Below are positions 44,784 through 54,688 of a stretch of 64,000 bases of DNA, piece after piece. Every line of letters starts with the position of its first letter. The first letter of the stretch is position 1. A program made the position numbers and the translations under genes. Below the pieces are notes generated by a model. The model saw only the letters and a list, made by a program, of their open reading frames with translations. It was not told the DNA's origin and ran no database searches. The DNA is from an uncultured Gammaproteobacteria bacterium (GTDB lineage: Bacteria; Patescibacteriota; Microgenomatia; JALYQM01). The stretch lies in assembly GCA_964535655.1 (NCBI GenBank), contig CAZHTP010000001.1, positions 98,573 through 162,572 on the forward strand. The letters are read 5' to 3'.

Positions 44784-44856
44784 GACACGCTTAACGCTTC
44801 GTATTCGCTTGCGTTTAAAGCTCTACTCTGCCTTTAGTTGTTTGGCAGAGAAGGTC
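44784..44856 (+). repeat. Copy B of the roughly 75-nt two-hairpin intergenic element.
   Basis: GACACGCTTAACGCTTCGTATTCGCTTGCGTTTAAAGCTCTACTCTGCCTTTAGTTGTTTGGCAGAGAAGGTC. Hairpin 1 pairs AACGC (44793-44797) with GCGTT (44811-44815). Hairpin 2 pairs CTCTGCC (44826-44832) with GGCAGAG (44844-44850). The element starts 35 nt after the rnj stop. Confidence 0.5.
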
Positions 44857-45011
44857 ACCACAAAGCTCTCCTTCAAAAGCTTATCTTCTCGTGGCTCACC
44901 AGCGGAATTTCTATCTTCAAAACTCTCAACGCGGAAGTTGTAATAGCATCACTGAGATTTTATTTCAAGTTCGTGACAAATGGGCTTGGTGCTGCTATAG
45001 TAGTTTTTGAA

Positions 45012-47195
45012 ATGTCAAAATCTGCCAAGAAACCCGCCAAAAAAACATCATCGTCGCGTCGAGCAAAGCGAGGTGGTTTAAGTCCTGCAGTGTTACGCTC
45101 TTCTTTTGCCATTTTGTTGTATGTTGGCGCGCTTCTCGTAATTCTTTCGTTTGTTTTGAAGAGCGATATCTTTTTATCAATTCGCGAAAATTTATTTCAT
45201 TATTTTGGGTTAGGAATGTTTTTTCTTCCCTTGATACTTATCAGTTTTGGAATTTTCGTACAAGGCTTCAAGTTAAAATTAGGTCAGCCACATATATTAG
45301 TGGGAGTACCTCTGTGTGTGCTTTCGTTGTTAGCCTTAATTTCTCCCTTTTCATTTGATTATTCTGGAGTAGTAGGGAATAGAGTATGGGGGAGTTTAAA
45401 TGAGTTTTTGCCGATGCCGATAACCAGCTTGTTGTTGGTTATTATTTTGGTTATTGGCTTGGCGGTGCTTTTTGATACGTCGCTTGATTTGTTTTTTGAA
45501 AAAATATTTCAGGGAATTGGTGGTTTCTTTAATTTAATATTCAGTCGCTTTGTTTGGCATAAATCTGCCATAGAAGTGTCTCGCAGTACGGTTAGTACTC
45601 TTTCGGCTGTCTCGACGGCGGCTCCATCGGGTGGATTACGTGAAGGTTTACGGATTTTTGGAAAGAAAGAGAAGAAAATAGTTGATCCGGCTATGGATGA
45701 TGGTGTAAAGCCTGAGCCGCCAAAGAAAATGTCGGAAGAGGAATCTATAAGCATTCGAATGGGAAATCCATCATTATCTGGACAAGTTTGGAATTATCCT
45801 CCTCTTTCAATTTTTTCTAACGCTCCAGGTAAGCCTGCGGATCGTGGAGATGTAAAGAACAATTCTAATATTATCGAAAAAACGCTGGAGAGTTTTGGCA
45901 TTATTGCTAAAGTAGTCGAAATTGATCAAGGGCCGGCTGTGACTCGTTATGCCCTTGATTTAGCACAGGGAACTAAAATTGCAAAAATAACTTCATTGCA
46001 GTCTGATTTAGCGATGGCGCTTGCAGCTCATACCGGTGAGGTTCGTATTGAGGCTCCAATCCCAGGTAAAGCCTTGGTTGGTATCGAAATTCCAAATAGA
46101 ACCCTCGAGATTGTTCCCATCCGATCTATTTTGGGCAACGAAGATGTTAAGAATCATAAATCTAAGTTACTTGTTCCCCTTGGATTTGATGCGGCTTGTC
46201 GCCCCCTTATTGCTGATATTACTCGCATGCCGCACTTATTGGTTGCTGGTACTACTAACTCGGGTAAATCGGTGATGCTTAATGGCATTATCGTATCTTT
46301 GTTGTTTAGAGCAAGCCCAGACGAGGTTAAATTAATTTTAGTTGATCCAAAGCGCGTGGAAATGGGCGGCTATAATGGTTTACCTCATTTGCTTACTCCA
46401 GTTATTCATGATGCTGATAAGATTGTGTCTGCTTTGAAATGGGCTGTTGCAGAAATGCAGCGTCGTTACCAGATGTTCTCTGAAGTTGGGGCTCGAAATA
46501 TCAGCAGTTACAATGAGATGAGTGGGTTTCAGGCGGTACCTTATATTGTCATTATTATTGACGAGTTGGCTGATTTGATGATGTTCGCGCCATCTGAAGT
46601 AGAAGAAGCGATCTGTCGTTTAGCGCAGATGGCTCGAGCGGTTGGAATTCATTTGATTATTGCTACACAACGTCCTTCAGTTGATGTTTTGACCGGTTTA
46701 ATTAAGGCTAACATCCCTGCTCGCATGGCATTTAACGTTTCTTCGCAAGTTGATTCACGCGTTATTTTGGATACTCAGGGGGCAGAAAAGCTTTTGGGTA
46801 GGGGAGATATGCTATATCTTGCTTCTGATGCAGCCAAGCCAACGCGAATTCAGTCGCCTTTTGTTCGAGACGAAGAAATTAATGCGTTGGTAAACTTTAT
46901 TAAAGCATCAGGTATTGCTCCGGTTTATACTGAGGAAGTTGTTACGCAACCTATTAACTCAGTGCGAGGTGGAAATGGATCAATGGGTAGCGATGATGAA
47001 CATGATCCCCAGTATGATGAAGCAATGCGGATTGTTATAGATTCTGGTAATGCTTCAGCATCTTTCTTGCAACGTAAAATGAAGGTAGGCTATGCACGTG
47101 CTGCTCGATTGTTGGATCAGTTGGAAGCTTCGGGGGTTGTAGGGCCAGCTAATGGCTCGAAGCCGCGAGAGATATTGCGAAGGGACGTGCAGTAG
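45012..47195 (+). CDS. ftsK: DNA translocase FtsK/SpoIIIE (N-terminal 4-TM anchor, motor domain, gamma winged-helix domain).
   Basis: Walker A is LVAGTTNSGKS and Walker B is IIIDELADLMM. The gamma domain reads DPQYDEAMRIVIDSGNASASFLQRKMKVGYARAARLLDQLE. The start is chosen at the Met before the first TM. Confidence 0.88.
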   Translation: MSKSAKKPAKKTSSSRRAKRGGLSPAVLRSSFAILLYVGALLVILSFVLKSDIFLSIRENLFHYFGLGMFFLPLILISFGIFVQGFKLKLGQPHILVGVPLCVLSLLALISPFSFDYSGVVGNRVWGSLNEFLPMPITSLLLVIILVIGLAVLFDTSLDLFFEKIFQGIGGFFNLIFSRFVWHKSAIEVSRSTVSTLSAVSTAAPSGGLREGLRIFGKKEKKIVDPAMDDGVKPEPPKKMSEEESISIRMGNPSLSGQVWNYPPLSIFSNAPGKPADRGDVKNNSNIIEKTLESFGIIAKVVEIDQGPAVTRYALDLAQGTKIAKITSLQSDLAMALAAHTGEVRIEAPIPGKALVGIEIPNRTLEIVPIRSILGNEDVKNHKSKLLVPLGFDAACRPLIADITRMPHLLVAGTTNSGKSVMLNGIIVSLLFRASPDEVKLILVDPKRVEMGGYNGLPHLLTPVIHDADKIVSALKWAVAEMQRRYQMFSEVGARNISSYNEMSGFQAVPYIVIIIDELADLMMFAPSEVEEAICRLAQMARAVGIHLIIATQRPSVDVLTGLIKANIPARMAFNVSSQVDSRVILDTQGAEKLLGRGDMLYLASDAAKPTRIQSPFVRDEEINALVNFIKASGIAPVYTEEVVTQPINSVRGGNGSMGSDDEHDPQYDEAMRIVIDSGNASASFLQRKMKVGYARAARLLDQLEASGVVGPANGSKPREILRRDVQ

Positions 47196-47355
47196 CTTTT
47201 CCTGAGCTATATTCTTACATGCTGTTTTTCCAGGACGGATGCAATTTTCTTGCGCTACAAATCTCTCAACCAGTTAATTATCAATTAATAGTCTAGTCGA
47301 ATTATTTTAAGTAGTACGTTATAATAACTTTACAGTTGGTATTTCCCATATAACT

Positions 47356-48003
47356 ATGAAAACTTTAGGACAGATTTTGCGCGAGCAAAGAGAAAAAAAG
47401 AATATAACCTTTGAGCAAGCGGAAGAGGCTACTAAGATTCGAAAAAGCTATTTGCGTGACCTTGAAGATGGAAACTATGCAAATTTGCCTGCATCAACGT
47501 ATATAAAAGGATTTCTTAAGATTTATGCCGAATATCTAGGACTTCCTGAAAATGATGTTCTAGCATTTTTTCGTCGAGAATTTGATGAAACTAAGGATGG
47601 CAAAATAACTCCTAAATCTTCGCTTAAGCCAGTACGAGATCCCTGGATCCGATTTAGCCCACAAGTTTTCTTTACCGTAGTCTTTGTTTCTGCTGTAGCT
47701 ATACTTTTTGCGTACATCTGGGTGCAGTATCAATCGTTTGCTGGTGCTCCGCAGCTGGAAATCTTTTCCCCTAAAGATGGTATCGTTGTACAGAAGCCAG
47801 ATATAGATATTGAGGGGAAAACATCTGCAAATAGTACGCTCACCCTTAACGGTCAAAATATTGGGTTGTCGGGAGATGGGTACTTTAAGACTTCGGTACA
47901 AATGAGTGAGGGAGTAAATGTCTTAACGTTTGTTGCAGTGAATGAAGTAGGTAAAACGACCACAGAAAAGCGAAATGTTCGATTTGATGTGGTTAAGAAG
48001 TAG
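47356..48003 (+). CDS. rodZ: RodZ-like cytoskeleton protein (XRE-type HTH, TM helix, C-terminal beta domain).
   Basis: MKTLGQILREQREKKNITFEQAEEATKIRKSYLRDLEDGNY is a RodZ-type HTH. The TM helix is VFFTVVFVSAVAILFAYIWV. Confidence 0.6.
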   Translation: MKTLGQILREQREKKNITFEQAEEATKIRKSYLRDLEDGNYANLPASTYIKGFLKIYAEYLGLPENDVLAFFRREFDETKDGKITPKSSLKPVRDPWIRFSPQVFFTVVFVSAVAILFAYIWVQYQSFAGAPQLEIFSPKDGIVVQKPDIDIEGKTSANSTLTLNGQNIGLSGDGYFKTSVQMSEGVNVLTFVAVNEVGKTTTEKRNVRFDVVKK

Positions 48004-48041
48004 ATTGACTATCTCCTGTTCCTTCTGCTTTAATTACATAT

Positions 48042-48311
48042 ATGGATATTTTGCAAGTTATTTTAGTAACATCTTTGGTACTTCTAACTACCTTACTCGT
48101 TTTCTTGGGAATTCAAGTTTATTATATTTTTCAGGAAGTTCGCAAAACACTACAATTGTTACAAAGAACTCTGGATAATGCTGCTGAAATTTCTGAAATG
48201 GCTAAGAACCCAATATTTGCTCTTACTCAAATTAAAGGGTGGGGAAGTGTTGTTAGTGGCTTACGCGAGGGAATCAGATTATATAAGTCGTTTCGTAAAC
48301 GAGAAGAATAA
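48042..48311 (+). CDS. Small membrane protein, hypothetical.
   Basis: One N-terminal TM helix is predicted. Its stop overlaps the start of the downstream gene (TAATG). Confidence 0.4.
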   Translation: MDILQVILVTSLVLLTTLLVFLGIQVYYIFQEVRKTLQLLQRTLDNAAEISEMAKNPIFALTQIKGWGSVVSGLREGIRLYKSFRKREE

Positions 48312-48793
48312 TGTTTACTTCATCTAAAAATACAAAATCATCGGGATCTGCGATATTCCCTATTGCTGCTTTTGTTGCACTTATTGGTGGAATTGGTGCG
48401 GCCGTGATTACGCATCCGAAACAAAAGAAAGTACGCGATGATTTAAGTGCTGTGGCGGATGACTTAATCGACTCTTTAGAGCGGGTTTTGGATAAAGTTG
48501 ATACAGGTGTACAAAAGAATGCTTCACAGGGATTTAGCGAAATTTCACAGCTTATTATGGGTGCATATGATGAGATTAAGTCTCTTAATGATGCGGCCCA
48601 CGATGAACCCAAAGGGCTAGCGAAAGTGACTCAGACTATTACGCATACTGTTCAGCGTGTGGAAGAAAAGGCGATAGAAGAAGTTCATGCCGTTGAAGAT
48701 TTAGCTCATACTGTTGATGACGATATATCTGAAAAAATAGCCTGGCTACAGCGCAAAGGCCGCAATTTGGCTCGAAAAGGAATCTCTAAGTAA
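48311..48793 (+). CDS. YtxH/DUF948-like membrane-associated protein.
   Basis: GSAIFPIAAFVALIGGIGAAVITHPKQKKVRDDL resembles the YtxH N-terminal motif and is followed by a helical region. Confidence 0.5.
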   Translation: MFTSSKNTKSSGSAIFPIAAFVALIGGIGAAVITHPKQKKVRDDLSAVADDLIDSLERVLDKVDTGVQKNASQGFSEISQLIMGAYDEIKSLNDAAHDEPKGLAKVTQTITHTVQRVEEKAIEEVHAVEDLAHTVDDDISEKIAWLQRKGRNLARKGISK

Positions 48794-48844
48794 ATTTCCC
48801 TATATTTTGATATAATGGCTTGATTAGTATATTTTCTACTGATT

Positions 48845-49921
48845 ATGGCAAAAATACTTAAACAAGATAAAACAGCCCACGAGGAAGTTATTTTTGAGGC
48901 TGTTAGGGTATTGAAAAACGGCGGTATTATTATTTATCCTACTGAGACACTGTACGGTATAGGTGTTGATGCGACCAACCAAGCGGCTGTAGATAAATTA
49001 CTTCAATATAAAACTCGACGAGAAGGGAAGCCTTTGTCGATTGCCGTATCTGACACTGAGATGGCAGAAAAGTATGTTGAGGTTAATGATATTGCTCGAA
49101 ATCTATACCGCAATTTTCTTCCTGGGCCTGTTACTGTTGTTTCAAAGAGTAAAGGTGCTGTTGCCAAAGGTGTCGAAGCAGAAATTGGGACATTGGGAAT
49201 TCGTATTCCTGATTATACTTTGATAAGAGAAATAGTTGCTGCATTTGGTAAGCCTATCACGGCCTCATCGGCAAATGCTTCAAATCAAAAAAGACCATAT
49301 GCAGTTTCTGATGTTCTTGAAAATATTTCGGAAAAACAAGAAAGTCTCATTGATTTAATTATTGATGCGGGTACTTTACCTAAGCGAGAGCCATCGACTG
49401 TTGTAGATACTACACTTAATCAAGAGGTGGTCTTGCGACAGGGAAGCATAAAGCTTAGTACTGTACTGGAGCAAAAAACGCAGTCTGCAAAAGAGACACA
49501 AGAAGTAGGTTTTAAGTTAATGAAAAAGTATTTACATCATCTTGGATATAAGTCGGTAATCTTTGCTTTACACGGAGAACTTGGTGCAGGCAAAACACAA
49601 TTGTCTAAGGGTATTGCACGAGCACTTGGAATTACTGAGGTGGTAACGTCGCCGACTTTTATCATTGAACGTGATTACACATTGCCTGCTGGTCATTTAT
49701 TTCATATCGACACCTGGCGACTGTTTGATAAACAAGAATTATTGGATTTAGGTTTTATGAAAAAAATAGAAGAAGGTAATGTCTTTGCTATTGAGTGGGC
49801 TGATCGGTTTAGTGAGCTTATTGATCAGGTGGCAAATGATGCGATGATAATTTGGGTTGGACTGCAATATGGTTCAAGTGAGACTGAACGTATTATTAAA
49901 GTGAGTGATTATACAGTATGA
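48845..49921 (+). CDS. tsaC-tsaE: Fusion of TsaC/YrdC/Sua5-type threonylcarbamoyl-AMP synthase (N-terminal) with TsaE/YjeE ATPase (C-terminal).
   Basis: The N-terminal half is a YrdC fold (IIIYPTETLYGIGVDATNQAAVDKLLQYKTRREGKPLSIAV). The C-terminal half carries the TsaE motifs GELGAGKT, SPTFIIERDY and HIDTWRL. Confidence 0.8.
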   Translation: MAKILKQDKTAHEEVIFEAVRVLKNGGIIIYPTETLYGIGVDATNQAAVDKLLQYKTRREGKPLSIAVSDTEMAEKYVEVNDIARNLYRNFLPGPVTVVSKSKGAVAKGVEAEIGTLGIRIPDYTLIREIVAAFGKPITASSANASNQKRPYAVSDVLENISEKQESLIDLIIDAGTLPKREPSTVVDTTLNQEVVLRQGSIKLSTVLEQKTQSAKETQEVGFKLMKKYLHHLGYKSVIFALHGELGAGKTQLSKGIARALGITEVVTSPTFIIERDYTLPAGHLFHIDTWRLFDKQELLDLGFMKKIEEGNVFAIEWADRFSELIDQVANDAMIIWVGLQYGSSETERIIKVSDYTV

Positions 49922-50973
49922 AAATCTTAGCAATAGATACATCATGTGACGAAACATCGGTTGCTATAACCGAAAATGATTGGATTCTGGCGAATAAAAT
50001 CTCTTCGCAAATTGAGTTACATAAAAAATGGGGTGGAGTAGTTCCGGGGATTGCCCGTAGAATGCATGAAGAAAATATTGATTTGGTTTTAAAGGATGCA
50101 CTGAAACAAACTAAATTGCACCTTAAGGACATTGATGTATTTGCTGTTACTCATGGCCCAGGGCTTGCTATCGCGCTTGGTGTCGGTATTGAGAAGGCTA
50201 AAAGCTTAGCCGTGGAATATGATAAACCCTTGGTCGGTGTTAATCATATGGAGGGGCATATTTATTCCGCTTTGGCACATAATTCTAACGGTAATCCAGA
50301 AATAGAGTATTCGTTTCCCTTACTTGCGTTGCTTATCTCTGGAGGTCATACCGAACTTGTGTTAATGCGTGATCACGGGAAATATGAAATTATTGGAAAG
50401 ACTCTTGATGATGCTGTTGGTGAGGCTTTTGATAAAGTTGCTCGTATGCTTGAAATTGGGTATCCTGGTGGGCCAATTTTGGAAGAGTTAGCCAAAGAAG
50501 GTAATCCTAATCGCTTTACTTTCCCAATCCCTATGAGCAAAACTGCTAGCGCGGATTTTAGTTATTCTGGCTTAAAAACTTCAGCGCTCTATTTAACAAA
50601 TCGTGAGCTTAAGGAAAAACGGGATTTGGTGTCTGTGTCTGAATATAAACAAATGATTTGTGATGTAGCATGTTCGTTTCAAGTTGCTGCCGTAGAGTCT
50701 TTGTTGCAGAAAACTTCCTTTGCATTAAGGTCACTTTCATTGGAAAATACTATTCAGGACTTAATTGTTGCCGGTGGTGTTTCGGCAAATATGTATGTTC
50801 GCAGTAAATTTCGCTTTAAATTTGGTAAGAATATGCGAATACATTTTCCAACAGATAAAAAATTATATGGCGATAACGCAGGAATGATTGGAATCGCTGC
50901 GTATTATAATGCAAAGCGTGATAACTTTGCTGATCCTCACACTTTGGATCGTATTCCTAATCTAAGTTTATAA
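49918..50973 (+). CDS. tsaD: tRNA N6-adenosine threonylcarbamoyltransferase TsaD (Kae1/Gcp family).
   Basis: ILAIDTSCDETSVAI and the metal-binding GVNHMEGH motif are present. A 4-nt overlap with the upstream fusion gene suggests coupling. Confidence 0.85.
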   Translation: MKILAIDTSCDETSVAITENDWILANKISSQIELHKKWGGVVPGIARRMHEENIDLVLKDALKQTKLHLKDIDVFAVTHGPGLAIALGVGIEKAKSLAVEYDKPLVGVNHMEGHIYSALAHNSNGNPEIEYSFPLLALLISGGHTELVLMRDHGKYEIIGKTLDDAVGEAFDKVARMLEIGYPGGPILEELAKEGNPNRFTFPIPMSKTASADFSYSGLKTSALYLTNRELKEKRDLVSVSEYKQMICDVACSFQVAAVESLLQKTSFALRSLSLENTIQDLIVAGGVSANMYVRSKFRFKFGKNMRIHFPTDKKLYGDNAGMIGIAAYYNAKRDNFADPHTLDRIPNLSL

Positions 50974-50985
50974 TCATATATTTCA

Positions 50986-51348
50986 TTGTTGACAGGGTTA
51001 TTATATTTCCTCTACGCTATTTTCATGAACAGTTTCGATTGGTTCTTATATATATTTCAGTGGCTGAATATTTTATCGATTCTCGTTTGTTTGATTTTTC
51101 TCCTTTTTACTACTCGCAAATATACTGGTGTTATCGGCACGGCATTAACCTATTTAGCCGTAGGAATTATTTTAAATGCTTTTATACAAGTAGTGGATTT
51201 ACTTAGTCGAACAATTGATTTTATTAGTTTTCAACGCATTGGTGGATTCACCTATCAGGATGCAGTGAGAAGCGGCTTCGCTACTTTTGGCTTTATTATG
51301 CTTGCAGTTGGGTTTTATAAACTTTCCAAAATTTACAAGAGATTTTAA
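50986..51348 (+). CDS. Hypothetical small membrane protein (3-4 TM).
   Basis: Hydrophobic helices are predicted. The start is a TTG with no strong RBS. Confidence 0.4.
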   Translation: MLTGLLYFLYAIFMNSFDWFLYIFQWLNILSILVCLIFLLFTTRKYTGVIGTALTYLAVGIILNAFIQVVDLLSRTIDFISFQRIGGFTYQDAVRSGFATFGFIMLAVGFYKLSKIYKRF

Positions 51349-51466
51349 CTGCTTTTAATTCTTCCTTACTAATCGGATTATTCTCCTGCGTCTTTAAATA
51401 ATATTTTCTCTACGCCATATACATCGTATTGACTGCCACTACCAGTTGATTCTATATTGATAAGGC

Positions 51467-51484
51467 ATTCGATATATTGTGTTT
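51467..51484 (+). promoter_or_regulatory. Candidate NrdR-box-like palindromic half-site (tcGATATATTGTGT) upstream of nrdR-nrdJ.
   Basis: It resembles the 3' half of the NrdR box consensus (..ATATwGTGT). Only one convincing half-site was found. Confidence 0.2.
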
Positions 51485-51523
51485 TTAAATAAATTCCAAA
51501 GTTAATACGAAAAAGAAATTGCT

Positions 51524-51991
51524 ATGAGATGTCCGTATTGTAATCACGATGAAACAAGAGTTTTAGATAAGCGTGACGATGACAATCTAGGTATAACACG
51601 AAGGCGTCGAGAATGCGAGAAGTGCTTAAAACGATTTACTAGTTTTGAACGTCCTGAGTTGCTGGACTTAGTTGTATTAAAAAAGGCTGGGCAAAAAGAA
51701 CCCTTTGATAGGCGAAAGATTATTTATGGTCTTAAGCAAGCTACCTGGAAGCGAGGCGTTTCTGACCAAATGATTGATCGAATTGTCAATGAAATAGAAG
51801 GTACGTTGCGTCAGAAAGATACCGTAGAGATTGCGAGTATTGAGATTGGAAATTTAGTAATGGATAAACTTAAATTAATTGATAACGTAGCATATATTCG
51901 TTTTGCTTCTATTTATCGAGCATTTGCTGATGTTGAAGATTTTCAAAAGGAGGTTCGAAAGCTTGTTACCGCAAAGACTACAGATAAATGA
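51524..51991 (+). CDS. nrdR: Transcriptional repressor NrdR (zinc ribbon plus ATP-cone).
   Basis: MRCPYCNHDETRVLDKR...RRRECEKCLKRFTSFE is the NrdR zinc-ribbon signature. The ATP-cone follows. Confidence 0.9.
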   Translation: MRCPYCNHDETRVLDKRDDDNLGITRRRRECEKCLKRFTSFERPELLDLVVLKKAGQKEPFDRRKIIYGLKQATWKRGVSDQMIDRIVNEIEGTLRQKDTVEIASIEIGNLVMDKLKLIDNVAYIRFASIYRAFADVEDFQKEVRKLVTAKTTDK

Positions 51992-52038
51992 TTTTTAGAT
52001 AAAATTACTATTATTAACGAAAAATTAGGAGATAGTTT

Positions 52039-54627
52039 ATGGTTTCAGATAATTCAATTATTTCTGAATCGTCAGAATCAAAAAAGAAACACCCTCTTAC
52101 CAAAGTCATTGGAGGTAATCAAAGTGAAGTGAAAAAAACGGTAAGCAAGTATGGTAAGTCGGGATCAGCTGAGCGAAGCGTTTTTGACGGGATGTTTAAA
52201 GAAGGCTTTACTCCCAGCCATGAAATGTTAAAGAGAATTTACGAAAGTATTGCAGATAATGAAGCATTTTTGGAGAGCCTTAATGTTGAAGGCCGTACAA
52301 AATATACGGGTACTAAATATACCGAGTTGGAAGGTGTTCGTAAGAAAGTATTACTTGACCGTTATTCCCTTAAAGACGAAAAAGGCGAGGCGGTAGAACA
52401 TTCTCCTGAAGAGATTTGGGCTCGTGTTGCCTGGGGGCTTGCTCAAATTGAAAAAACACCTGAACAACGAAAAATATGGGAAAAGAAATTTTATGAAATA
52501 ATGGAAGATTTTCATTTTGTTCCGGCCGGGCGTATTTTGTCTGGTGCTGGTACGGGGTATGCGGTTACGTATTATAACTGCTATGTTATTCCGTCTCCTG
52601 ATGATTCTCGCGGTGGAATTATTGATAGTCTTAAAGATATGGTAGAAATTATGGCTCGTGCCGGTGGAGTAGGGATGAACCTTTCTTCGCTTCGACCAAA
52701 GGGTTCGTATATTAAGACAGTTAACGGTCACTCCTCCGGACCGATGGCTTGGGCACAGTTGTATTCCGTTGCAACTGGTGATGTTATTAGCCAAGGTGGA
52801 TCGCGACGCGGTGCGTTAATGTTGATGATGGATGACGATCACCCTGATATTGAAGAATTTATAACTTGCAAGCAGACACCACACTGGATTGAGCATGCTA
52901 ATTTGTCTATTGCTGCTTCGGACGGGTTTATGCAAGCAATCAAAAATGACACTGATTGGGATTTGAAGTGGAAAGGTGAAGTGATGAAAACGGTGAAAGC
53001 TCGCCATTTGTGGGATCTTATTACTACTGCTGCATGGAAAAGTGCCGAACCAGGGTTTGTGTTTATGGAACGCTATAATAAATGGTCAAATACCTGGTAT
53101 TACGAAGATATTCGTTGTACCAACCCCTGTGGAGAACAAGGTTTAGGTCCATGGAGTGTTTGTAATTTAGGTTCTCTTAATTTAGCAAATTATGTTGTTG
53201 ATGGAGAAATGGATTGGAAAAAACTGGCAGAGCATGCTCGTGTTGGTATTCGCATGCTTGATAATGTAATTGACTCTAACTTATACTTTTTTGAAGAAAA
53301 TAAAATTGCGCAACTTGGCACGCGTCGTGTTGGGCTTGGAACAATGGGACTTGCCGATGCATTAATTAAAATGAAAATTCGTTACGGCTCTGATGAATCA
53401 ATGCCGATTATTGAGAAGATCTTTCAGACTGTTCGCGATAATGCATATGACGAATCGGCAAACATTGCGGCAGAAAAGGGAGCTTTTCCATTCTTTGACC
53501 GCGAAAAGTATCTGCAGGGGCATTTTATTCAGCAGCTTCCTCAAGAAATTCAGGATAAGATTGCTGAAAATGGCATTCGCAATGCAGTGTTGCTTTCTCA
53601 ACAGCCAACAGGAACAACATCATTATTTGCTGGTGCATCCTCGGGCATAGAGCCTGTTTATGATTTTGCTACCGTACGCCGTGATCGTACTGGAGAACAT
53701 GTTATTTATCATCCGTTATACCAGGAGTGGAAGGACGCAAATCCAAATGAAGAAGCAGTGCCAGATTACTTTGTCTCTACAGTAGATTTGTTACCAGAAG
53801 ATCATGTTAGAGTTCAGGCTATGGCTCAGAAATATACTGATGCGTCGATCTCTAAAACAGTTAATGCTCCGGCTGACTATACGGTTGAACAGGTTAAAGA
53901 GCTCTATATGAAAGCGTACGATCTAGGTTGTAAAGGTATAACCTTCTACCGCGATGGATCACGTGATGCGGTGTTGACTCGTGAATCTGATGAAAAGAAA
54001 ACTCCCGATCAGGCCGCACAAGTTGCAGCAGCGGTAAGTACACCAGCATCTCCAACATTAATTCAACCACTGTACCATACACTTCGTGAACGTCCGGAGC
54101 GGTTAACCGGTAGTACTTATAAGGTAAAAACCCCATTTGGTGCTGGGTATGTAACTATTAACGAAGACGAAATGGGTGAAATGTTTGAGGTATTTGTATC
54201 CCTTGGAAAAGGTGGTACTGATATTTTGGCTGATGCTGAAGCAATTGGTCGGTTAATTTCCTTAGCACTGCGTATACCAACTACGGTGTCTAAAGCCGCT
54301 GTTGTTGAATCTATCGTTGACCAGTTGTCTGGTATTGGTGGTGCTTCAACTGCCGGATTTGGTAGCAATAGGGTACGTTCTCTTGCTGATGCTGTGGCAA
54401 AAGCAATTAATGAACACGTTGCGTTGCGGGGTACACAAGTTATGGCTAACCCTGTAGCTCAAGCTCAGTTACCACTTGGCACTGCTCTAGATTCGTCTGC
54501 TTCGAATCAAGTGCGCAATGCAAAATTATCCGCACGACGCGATATGTGTCCTTCGTGTGGCCAGGCATCGCTAATGCTCGTTGAAGGTTGTGCTAAGTGC
54601 GATAATTGTGGGTATAGTAAGTGTTAA
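52039..54627 (+). CDS. nrdJ: Class II (adenosylcobalamin-dependent) ribonucleotide reductase NrdJ with a C-terminal Cys-rich zinc ribbon.
   Basis: It is a long single-chain RNR. The catalytic region is NPCGEQGL, a B12-binding-type insertion is present, and the C-terminus reads CPSCGQ...CAKCDNCGYSKC. Confidence 0.88.
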   Translation: MVSDNSIISESSESKKKHPLTKVIGGNQSEVKKTVSKYGKSGSAERSVFDGMFKEGFTPSHEMLKRIYESIADNEAFLESLNVEGRTKYTGTKYTELEGVRKKVLLDRYSLKDEKGEAVEHSPEEIWARVAWGLAQIEKTPEQRKIWEKKFYEIMEDFHFVPAGRILSGAGTGYAVTYYNCYVIPSPDDSRGGIIDSLKDMVEIMARAGGVGMNLSSLRPKGSYIKTVNGHSSGPMAWAQLYSVATGDVISQGGSRRGALMLMMDDDHPDIEEFITCKQTPHWIEHANLSIAASDGFMQAIKNDTDWDLKWKGEVMKTVKARHLWDLITTAAWKSAEPGFVFMERYNKWSNTWYYEDIRCTNPCGEQGLGPWSVCNLGSLNLANYVVDGEMDWKKLAEHARVGIRMLDNVIDSNLYFFEENKIAQLGTRRVGLGTMGLADALIKMKIRYGSDESMPIIEKIFQTVRDNAYDESANIAAEKGAFPFFDREKYLQGHFIQQLPQEIQDKIAENGIRNAVLLSQQPTGTTSLFAGASSGIEPVYDFATVRRDRTGEHVIYHPLYQEWKDANPNEEAVPDYFVSTVDLLPEDHVRVQAMAQKYTDASISKTVNAPADYTVEQVKELYMKAYDLGCKGITFYRDGSRDAVLTRESDEKKTPDQAAQVAAAVSTPASPTLIQPLYHTLRERPERLTGSTYKVKTPFGAGYVTINEDEMGEMFEVFVSLGKGGTDILADAEAIGRLISLALRIPTTVSKAAVVESIVDQLSGIGGASTAGFGSNRVRSLADAVAKAINEHVALRGTQVMANPVAQAQLPLGTALDSSASNQVRNAKLSARRDMCPSCGQASLMLVEGCAKCDNCGYSKC

Positions 54628-54649
54628 TAGCTGTTACTGTATAGTGGAG

Positions 54650-54688
54650 CCCCGGGGGGGTTAGCTATCTCCGGGGTTTATTTTCTTT
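54650..54688 (+). terminator. GC palindrome (CCCCGG...CCGGGG) followed by a T-rich run. It is a putative terminator after nrdJ.
   Basis: The inverted repeat lies at 54650-54655 / 54671-54676 and is followed by TTTATTTTCTTT. Confidence 0.35.
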
